From: Chrysomallon squamiferum
Taxonomy: Eukaryota > Animalia > Mollusca
DNA: 64,000 bases
NCBI GenBank assembly: GCA_012295275.1
Contig: CM022673.1
Span: 16,554,001-16,618,000 of the forward strand
Direction of reading: 5' to 3'
The position numbers and the translations under genes were made by a program. The notes under the pieces were generated by a model that did no database searches, had not been told where the DNA came from, and was given only the letters and a program-made list of their open reading frames with translations. Below, piece by piece: positions 54,085-64,000 of the stretch; within the stretch, counting starts at the first letter, position 1; every line of letters begins with the position of its first letter.

Positions 54085-54540
54085 TGCTTCATTGAATCCA
54101 CAGTTTAGTAATAATAACAATAAATACAGCAGTCATATGTAATCCTACAAAATGCTTTTAGGAGGTATCGAGTTGTGTGACTAATACTTAAGAGTCAATA
54201 TTTACCGCAACATTCCGGTTTTCGTCTTATTCCGGTTTATTTCAAGAAATAGCTCATAAATAAAGTGAAAACGTTTATTACCATGATGCACTATCTATAT
54301 ATGCACTTTCTTCAGTCTTCTGAAATATTAATGATGTAACTATCACCCTGTAAAAATAAATATACAAGTGTATATAAAGTAAAATTCTAAATTACTTGGA
54401 TGGATGTTCGAAATTTAACTACGGAATAAAAAAATGAATAAAACCAAAAGTGATTTTATTTATTCTAAGAAGCAACATACATCAACCACTCAAGTTAAGA
54501 TTAACAGCAAGGAATCTTTTGTATGCAATTTCTGAGTGAG
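54085..54540 (-). repeat. left arm of a diverged inverted duplication (partner 57620-58250)
   Basis: Its reverse complement aligns in collinear blocks with 57620-58250, e.g. AAAAGATTCCTTGCTGTTAATCT, CTTAGAATAAATAAAATCA, AGAAGACTGAAG..TGCATATATAG.TAGTGCATC.TGGTAA, GAAATAAAC.GGAAT, TTTTGTAG.ATTAC.TAT. Confidence 0.85.
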
Positions 54541-56703
54541 TGTTGCTATAACAAAATACAAGGAATATTTTAATAACGTTCATTTATATGGTTTCTGCGT
54601 TACTAATAGCTAATAGCTAGTAGGAGATTGAAAAAGGTTGATGAAAGAACTACGTTCACAGCTCAGACACGACATGATCGACACAGCGCAACAACCTATC
54701 CACATGATACGAGCATCAAAGCAACCAAATAATACGAAGAGTTCATCAGTTACCATTCCAACCTAATTTCATATATAGGAAACTCTGATTTTAAATGGGA
54801 CCCTTTAATATATCTTACACTGATCTGAAAGAAAACTATTTTATAGCCTAGGTAATTTATAGGAGTTCTTTGGTAGGATCCACGTTCAACATCAAATGCG
54901 TTACACGACCAAATCTCCTTGAGCAGTAATAATCTGTCATTGTTTTTAAACACCGTGGCTCCCTCTGCCTTAGAATGCAATTAACAAAATTACTGCGAGT
55001 AACAGTAAAAGTAATATAGGAAGTAGTGGCCACTAAGTTTTTATACCTTTTTTACTTTTAGATGCCATTATTATGAAAAACGATTAATCATGTCTGATTA
55101 ATAACCACTGATTATAAAATTTGTTTTTGTTTATTTTTTAAATTAAATATCAAGGATTCTTTAATTCTTTTTTTTAAACTTTTCTTCTTTTTGTTTCTTT
55201 TCCCTGTGTTTGTTATTATTGTACTTTTCCTTTGTAGACCTATAGGACTGTTGTAAGAGTATGCGCTTCCAACACTGCAAATTGAAATATAAAATATTTT
55301 TAATATCTTAACATTAAATTTAAACATTGATGTTGTATATTTTTGCCGAACCACTGGTCAAGAATACATCTTTAAAACTGAAGACAATTTAATCTAATGT
55401 TCTTTTGATGTTGTACGCATTTTTATACATTGCTTTAAAATAAGTAGACGGTATGGTTGAAGGCTTACAATATTATCAAATGAACAAGGTTCAAGAATTA
55501 AAAGAGGAGGAAGAGGAATAAAAGAAGAAGAAGAACAACAACAACATCAACATTATCATCAACAACAACAACAATAATAAATAAATAAATAAAAAAAACC
55601 CACGAAAAACATCATCGAAATATTTAAATCATCGAATTCGATCTTCAGTAAATTCTATTTTATAACGTTAAAAAATAACACACAATGAATTTGCAAATTT
55701 CGTCTGTGTGTTAGACATCAGTTTGCGTTATCAGCAAGATATGGTTTCATATCTCTGACGTATCAATCCTTCACACAGAGTGAATGCATCTCGACAGCTC
55801 GACGAAAAGAAGCTGCAAGTTGCTGTATTTTCCAGATTAAGTATCGAGATAACCGTTCCACCAGAGAATACAGAACTGTAAACGAAAAATAAAGAAACCA
55901 GTGTCAGGCAGTGTCCGTGTAGATAGTGAAGTTAAAGAGAGGAATTAAAATAAAAAAAAACCAAAACCCCAAACAATTATCTTCTTCTTCTTCTTGTTTT
56001 TTCTTTTTCTTCTTCTTCTCTTGTTTTTATTTTTATTTATTTTTATGTGTGCGAAGTCTGTTTTTATTTTCCTCATTGTATAAAACAGCGATTCATTAAT
56101 TAACATTTTATTAATGACGCATAAGCGTATTTTTTTATGGTAATTTTTCTTTTTATAATCAAAAACATCTCTTCCTGCTACACAGCTGCTCTCCTTATCA
56201 GATAATGCAGGGCATCGCTTGTAGGCAACAGCTAGCTGAAACATATAAACAACAACAACAAAATAATAATAAATTTATAAATATGTAAATAAAAAAAAAA
56301 AAAAAACAAACAATGGAAACAAAAGAAAAAAAAAAAAGTACAGGACGAAAACAACCAAAGCAGGCGTTGATATAAATTTTCTTTCTCCGCTTTCTTTAAT
56401 CTTTTCTGTTTCTTCACCTCAAAACCCCCTCTGCTCTTACATTTTACTGGAGTAATGATGTGTGCATCCACATTTTTTGAAGAAGAAAGAAATAAACAAC
56501 AACAACAACAAAAAAAACAAAAAAAAAAAAAAAAAAAAAAAAAAAAAGCCACAACAAGAGCAACAATAGAACCCCTCTAGCTATCCCGCCCCCCTCCAAA
56601 TCAACAATGAAATTTATATATTCTTGAAAACATGTTTTCTGTTGTCATTTTTCCATTAAACGCAAATAACACTGACAAATTTATTACTATTATTATTTTG
56701 TTG

Positions 56704-56825
<122 letters not shown>

Positions 56826-57619
56826 CGATTGTATCTTTCTTTCTCTCTCTTGTTACAAACAGGCTGATAAATATTGTCAGTGAAAGGGTTAATCTAGTTA
56901 TTATAATGGCTGTAACGTAATACGGCTGTGCTCCCAACTATCATTCTCTTGTGCACTCACCTAGCAGAACCATTCCTTACCATCTTGCATTTGTGTATGA
57001 AACACGATCGCTGTTAATAACTGCAAAACCGAACTAACACGACTCATCATGGTAAGTATTTAGACCAAGAAGAAAAGAGTAGAGAGGAAAACCAGCAAAA
57101 TGTAAAAGAAAAAAAAAACTCAAACAAACATGTAAAAGCTGTATCAGGTTAAGCTTAATATTAATGCCAACAACTGCCAGCCATTATTATCCAGTGATCT
57201 ACATTGAGTTATCAAAACCAGTTAGTAGATTACAAGGGCATATGGGTGAGCTAAGTAGGTCAGGGAATTTAGCTCATATAGTTACAGTTCCTAATTCAAT
57301 TTGTACTCCATTTTTATTTATTTTTTCGCGATCTTTGTTTGTTGTCTGAATAATAAATATATAAATAAATAAATAAATAAATAAATAAAAAGATGAAATG
57401 AAAAGAGCAAATCCACGAATAATTGACTGCCGACATCATGATTTCACATTGCAAACATTTATTAATGTCGTGAAAACTCCAGTTACTGCTTATTGTTACT
57501 TTCTTATTTATCTGTTTCTTTGTTCACTAGAGTGTTCACTGAATTCTAAGTCTAGACTTTTATCACAGAGGGCTTTTTTCTACCAGCAGTATCGTCATGA
57601 CTTGGAGACAACATTCGTG

Positions 57620-58250
57620 TTTCCAACAGGGATTTGCTTATAAAAGATTCCTTGCTGTTAATCTTGAGTGCCTAATGCACGTTTCCTCTTAGAATAAATA
57701 AAATCATTTTATGTTCATTATTTTTTTTCTTCTTTAGTTAGATCTCGAACATGATGTTAAGCCATCCTGATAATTTAGCATTTCCCTTCATATATACTCG
57801 TATAATTATTTTTACAGCGTGATATTTGCATCATTAGGATTTTAGAAGACTGAAGCAGCTGCATATATAGTTAGTGCATCTTGGTAACAAAAGCTTTCAT
57901 TTTATTTATGAGTTACTTACTGAAACTTCCTTCCTAAACTAGAGCTAACTCAAACTTGCAAATTACATTTACATGCCTTTTTAATACTGAATCGACACTT
58001 TTTTTCTTTTTCGAAAACAAAAATGGATGCAGTACTATTTATTTTCACATCGAAATAAACGGGAATGACGTGCAAACAACAATGTTACATTAAATACTGA
58101 CTCATCTCTTACCTTCAGAATTCTTCGCCAACTAAAAACCTTGGTTAAAGGGTACCTGTGGAAACGGGAACATGCAGCCTATAAATTTTGTAGCATTACG
58201 TATAATAGCTGTGGTTTTGTTTCTTATTAAAGTGTGCCTGCGATAAAGGC
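57620..58250 (+). repeat. right arm of the diverged inverted duplication (partner 54085-54540)
   Basis: Same blocks as the left arm in opposite orientation, with an extra ~125-bp segment (about 57925-58051). Confidence 0.85.
57630..57700 (+). mobile_element. possible SINE core-domain remnant
   Basis: GCTTATAAAAGATTCCTTGCTGTTAATC...GTTTCCTCT resembles, from memory, the conserved central domain of molluscan tRNA-SINEs. Not verified by search. Confidence 0.35.
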
Positions 58251-58398
58251 GGACTTTATAAGGGGGAAGTGATGGAAATTACCCTGGGTACCCTCCCAAC
58301 CTTCCTTTAAAAAAAATGTAAAATTTATATCACTATGGCACAACTTTCATACTGAAAATTGTAGTCAAAGTTATTCTTACAGTCTTTCAAACAGTCTA

Positions 58399-58454
<56 letters not shown>

Positions 58455-58787
58455 GTTTCAGATTCTGTTGGAAATATATAGCCTACATGCATTTTGTGTA
58501 CCATCAAGAGTCCAAACCTTTGTTATTAATAAAATATGAAAATAAAATAGTTAGATCACACTGTAGTGATATATTTATATGACACTGTATTTTTGGAGTC
58601 ATGATGAAAGTCTGAAACTATATTTATCTATCTACAGATTTACTTCCGTGTTTGGCATACAGATGACAGCAACAGTAGCAGCAATGACAACAAGAACAAC
58701 AGCATCAGCAGCAATAGTAATAAAAACAACAACAGTAACAACAACAAAACCAACACTAACACTAACACTAACACTAACACTAATAAC

Positions 58788-58860
<73 letters not shown>
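58788..58860. repeat. (AAT)n microsatellite preceded by (AACACT)n
   Basis: Directly visible; accounts for the poly-Asn ORF 58579..58935. Confidence 0.95.
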
Positions 58861-58861
<1 letters not shown>

Positions 58862-59485
58862 TAGACAGTTTCTTTCTATACGAAGTAGAACTGCGCAGTC
58901 AAATTCCTCTTCTAGAAATGATCTGTAAATTGTAAATAACAGCGAAGAAATATTTCACGTTATGATGTTAACAGTTCGTGGAAATTTGTGTAAGTCATTA
59001 GTATACTTTATATGCGTAACAACAACAAGAACAAGTTTCAACTAGAACCTGAGCCAGAACATCCAATCAACATACACGATTTGTTTATCGAAGTCCGTGT
59101 TATGTGTTTTCCTAAAATTAATATAGATATAACCATTAATGCCAACAACATTTTTTTTTTTTTTTGTCACGTGATATGAAAAAAAAATAATAAAAAATAA
59201 AAATAAAAATAAAAATAAAAAAAACAAAATAAAAAAAAATAATTAAAGAAATGAAAATAAAAATGAAAAAAAAATATAGAAATAAAATAAAATAAAATAA
59301 AATAATTAAATAAATGAAAATAAAAATAAATAAAATGAAAATAAAAAAAAACAGCATCAGAATGAATAATAATAAGATAAAATAAAACAATCATAAATCA
59401 TAAACAAGATGACAGAGTTCTAAGCAATCAGTTCTGGACACCATTTATTTGTGTTTATTTAAAGAACGAATTTATCTCTCAGTCT

Positions 59486-59486
59486 C

Positions 59487-59536
<50 letters not shown>

Positions 59537-59537
59537 A

Positions 59538-59597
<60 letters not shown>
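59486..59597. repeat. (TATC)n-(TGTC)n tetranucleotide microsatellite
   Basis: Directly visible. Confidence 0.95.
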
Positions 59598-60989
59598 TTC
59601 TATCTATATATGTGAATCTATTCATTATCCGTCTATGTATCTATCAGTCCGACTGTTTATCAAGCTAACTATCAATCTATCTGTTTTATATATAATTAAA
59701 AAACAGCAGAAGCAGCAACAAAAACAACAACAAAGATAATAATAATAATAATAAAAATAAATAAACAAAACAACAAAGTTGGTCTATCAATCAAAATAAA
59801 TAATTTTATCATCACCATCATCAGTATCCGAAGCAGCAGCAGCGGCAACTGCAGTACCATCAACAGCATTATTATTTTTATACATAAAATATCTTCGCAA
59901 AGGAACAAGGCAAGCCTGTCTAGTTGATTATGTACATTCCGCGAAACCATTCCACGCAGTCATGTCCAGAGTTATCTTATCTTGTTCTATCACCTTTCAT
60001 TTATATCAGGTTACAACTCCAAGCAGATTTGTTGGACGCTTCCTGTTTTATTGGTTTTACGAATCGTTCACAAGTGTCATATATTCAAAATATTTCCATC
60101 TAGTATTACACCAAGTCGATGTACTAAGGACTGCCTTCTTTTTTTTTTCTTTCTCTTTAATATCAATGACATATATGCATCAATATTTAAAAATTACAAC
60201 CAAAAAAAAATCAAAAAAAAATTAAAGTGAAACAGATATAATTTTTGTGTGGGTTTGTGGGTTTGTGGGTTTGTGGGTTTTTGTGTGTGTATGTGTGTGG
60301 GTTTGTTTGTTTATTTTTGTGTGAGACTGAGAGAGCATTTTCTTTTTTCTTTCTTTCTTTTTTTGTTTTTTGTTTTTTTTGGTTCGTATCATTTTCCTTC
60401 TTTCTATACTTAAGCCAAGTTTTCTTTATTTTATTATTTTATCTTCAAATTTACTCGTTATCACAATATAACGATGTTACATCTTAGCGTTAATTTCGGG
60501 GGATTAATAAATCCATTTTCTCCTGCAAGAAATTATTACAGCAGTTTAGAGAAACAAGATTATATTTTCCGCCGAGTTATCAAGATCATACTTTAATTAT
60601 GTGCTGCCAACAAATTTGTTGATTCTTAACAGACCGGGTAAAAGTATGTCGAACCAGATGGATGGGATAGGTCCGTGTAAAAACCAGGCTATACCACAAA
60701 CAGCGGTGTAAGTTTTTTATTTTTTTATTTTTTTTTTTTTATTAAGTTTTTTTTAGTTTTCTAAATTTTATTATTGGATGTTGCCTCTTATGCATAACAT
60801 CGGCTTTCGAGGAAGTGAACAACTGTAAAAATGCATGTGTTGGGCAAGCGGATCTAAGAGATAACGAAATGACGTCTGCTAACATCATCGTCTGCCGCGC
60901 AGCCATGAGTATCACAGCGATCACGGCACACATTATAATGCCTATTTCCGACACTCCAGGTGTACATCTGGGAATCTCGTCCTCCTGTA

Positions 60990-61520
60990 AACACATCCCT
61001 CTCCTCTGATTGGTCGGTTCTTCTATTGGCACGGGCCTCTCTCTGAAACGATTGGCCAACATGTCTTCTCTATATGGAAGCAGGCGCCATGGTTGTTTCT
61101 TTTATTGAGCAGATGAACATGTCAGGCTAGTTACATATATGGCTACCGTTTAGTAGATATTGGGTTTCCCAGCCAATGCCTGGATTTTTTGCATACCTGT
61201 AATAGCTCTTGCGTTGTATGTCTATGGCTGATAGTAGCGACTGCGCCGCTCAAGCCTGGAGTTTTGTTTAGACCTGGGTTCTATGGAAATCGCAGCTATC
61301 GTCATCTAGGTAGGTGATGTTCCTTAGATATTTTAATAATATTAATGAAATGTTTCACTGTAAAAATCAACGCTGTCTTTATTGTGTGAAATTCGTCTTT
61401 CATTCTCTTTAGAAAGCACGTTTCTATCACATTATCAACCTGTCGTCTGCTACGGAATAAACCGGAAGTGATGCTGCTATTCGGCGGCTTCCGTTTTTGT
61501 AGTTCGCGCGCACGTGTTAC
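60990..61520. promoter_or_regulatory. promoter/enhancer-like CpG-richer island
   Basis: Three ATTGG (CCAAT) boxes at 61009, 61025 and 61051, ACCGGAAGTG at 61461, and CGCGCGCACGTG at ~61505. No linked CDS identified. Confidence 0.4.
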
Positions 61521-62459
61521 AAAGTTTGCGTTATCCTGTTTAGTAAAACTGGCTTCCAAATGTTATTACTTGTATTCAAGATCTTCTAAAATATTTTTAA
61601 AATATTTCTTTTAATTTTATCACACACATATTTATTTATTTATTTGTTTATTTGTTTATTTATTTATATTTCATTTATTTATTTATTCAAAATTTAGCAA
61701 CTTACCTTTTTTAAATACAATAAATTAATTTGAGTTCTTCCTCGTGTCTGAATACCCATGCTTGACAAAGTTTTAAAATAAGATTTTAGTATTTATGTTA
61801 ATAAATTGATTTTCTAAAAATTACTAAGTTGAACGTGTGTCTGCACAAGAATAATGTAGGTGTAAGAGAGAGGCATGATGAAGAATACAATTATTCAGAC
61901 TTCTTGTGCTATTAACTTTATTTTGAGACTGTTACCATCTCGATGTGGCTTGATCGGTTGCTAACATAGTCCTAGTTAAAACAGTCGAAAAAAATGTCTG
62001 AGCAAATTCGTTATTTTTTCATTTATTGATTTGCGAAATTTCTTATAAACCATCTTTATACATAGGCCACTTATGCAGACTTTTCTATTAAATCTAAATT
62101 GAAAAATTATGGCTACATATTTCTGAACGCTTGTCGATGGTAGGTATTGCAGTTCAATCCCTGATAACAGTTAGCTAGTTAAAACAATGTAAAAATTCAA
62201 ACCAGAAGTACAGTCTTTTCAGACATTGTACGGTTATAGAAAAACAAAAAATAATAATAAAAAGGGTTAAAATGCGGCAGATTTAAATTCGGTAAGTGTT
62301 GTGATCAGTTCATCCTTTATGACCCTGGCCAGACGGGTGCCCAATATCGTAATTCACACTGAAAACACTAAAATAAATAAATAAATAATGACAGCTTTAA
62401 ATTTAGATTTTTCTGCTTTTTCTGTAAAACATAATCAGTCAAAATGTATTTTGTTATCT

Positions 62460-62596
62460 ATGTATACACATGCACACACATATATATGTACACAAATACG
62501 TACGTTTGTATTAAACATATGCACCAGACATACGGACACATACTTACATGCTTATACACTCATACACATCCTCATACACATCCTCATACACATCCT

Positions 62597-62640
<44 letters not shown>

Positions 62641-62800
62641 CTTAAACATAAACATTTATTCATATATTCATGTATGCATAAATTCATACATACATATATA
62701 CATATATACATACATACATACATTTGTGTGTGTGTATATATGTATATATACATACACATTCATATGTATACACATATATCACATATATTTATTACATATT
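62460..62800. repeat. (CA)n / (CATACACATCCT)n / (ACAT)n low-complexity block
   Basis: Directly visible; source of several spurious His/Thr/Tyr-rich ORFs. Confidence 0.9.
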
Positions 62801-64000
62801 ACAGCTTTTAATGTTTATTATTACTACCTATATTTACACATTCTTGTCTGTGTGTCTATTTTAGGAACTGTGATATCTTTATATCTACCTATATATGATA
62901 ATCTTTTATATTTCCATAAAGATATGTACATAAAGATTTAACAATCTTTTCACTGTATTTTCAAGTTTCTAATTTTTTAACAAAGATGTATTTTCACTTA
63001 ATGTATTTATACTTAATATATATATTTTTTTTTTTTCAGAAATATTATATCTTTATAAACCATGTGTATGTATATATGTATGTATGAATGTATGTATGTT
63101 ATGTATGTATGTGTGTGTGTATCTATGTATGTTTAAAAGATGTGAATAAGTTAATTTTGGGGTATTTCGATATTTATATAATTTTTATAGAAACCTGTTG
63201 AGTTCAAAAACATTCTCCCAGAATCCATTTTTAATATACATACATACATACATACATACATACATACATACGTATATATACATACATATAAACATACATA
63301 CATACATACATACATATATACATATTTAATTAGTTCTACTACTATTACTAATAATAATAACAACAAGAATAATAAATAAATAAATAAATAGAAACCACTT
63401 TGTTTTTAACGCTGGCACTCATTGCTCTGATTAAATGAATATATAAATATCTACGTATGTTTATATATCTGTATCTACATAAAACAATAACACGATACCT
63501 GCTATCTACGTAAATACGTGAGTATTTATTTACATGTAAACGTATGTATTTATAAATCAGCTAGAGAGATAGAATCATGTAATAGAACACCACGTAATCG
63601 ACGGAAGACACTTTAATATAAGACTGACGTGATATGCACGTGGATGTGCGAGACACACAAACTAACTTTATAATATGTAGTAATAGCAAAGGAGCACAGC
63701 ATGAACATATGATTTAATCAGCACATAATATTATTAGAAGTAGATTATATTTTATAGCTGTTGTGTGTTCTGTTACAGCGATGTAATATTAAGTTTAGTA
63801 ACTATTAATCGAGATAAATAAAGTATTAATGTTTAAGTCATGCATATAATTACATTAGAAAGTCAACCATATACGAAATATGGAGTGAGCAAATGAAATA
63901 AATATACAAATATTGTGTAACAAACTCTGTGATACAACAGAAGTCTTGAGCTATCTAACTCATGGTCTGTATTATTCTTTATTACTATTTTAATGTGTAG

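Noticed and set aside
59042-63366. Numerous 60-165 aa ORFs rich in F/I/Y/H/T/C/V
   Set aside because: Translations of microsatellites and poly-A/T tracts with no coding signal.

Overview
AT-rich, microsatellite-rich animal genomic DNA, not prokaryotic. A lophotrochozoan such as a mollusc is my inference from gene style and a SINE-like motif. I reconstructed five intron-containing genes by hand, with GT-AG boundaries and reading phase checked at every junction. (1) Minus strand, 4315-6552 (possibly to 7674): a nuclear-receptor C4 zinc-finger DNA-binding domain with an unusual P-box (CDGCKI), fused to a repetitive S/T/Q/N-rich tail with no recognisable ligand-binding domain. The ORF track misses the zinc fingers. 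(2) Minus strand, 10129-11488: a short VAMP/synaptobrevin R-SNARE with a luminal extension. (3) Minus strand, 13067-22744: a 13-exon DEG/ENaC (FaNaC-like) channel whose extracellular finger region carries 7 copies of GQSGGGQGQGSS followed by a furin site (RKKR), and whose HG gating motif reads QG. (4) Plus strand, 25570-38996: importin-7/8, 28 exons. (5) Plus strand, 44149-47823: TBCEL. The last 16 kb has no identifiable protein gene, but holds a diverged inverted duplication with exon-like segments and a promoter-like CpG-richer island. The strongest leads are the LBD-less nuclear receptor and the repeat-plus-furin-site DEG/ENaC. No database searches were run.
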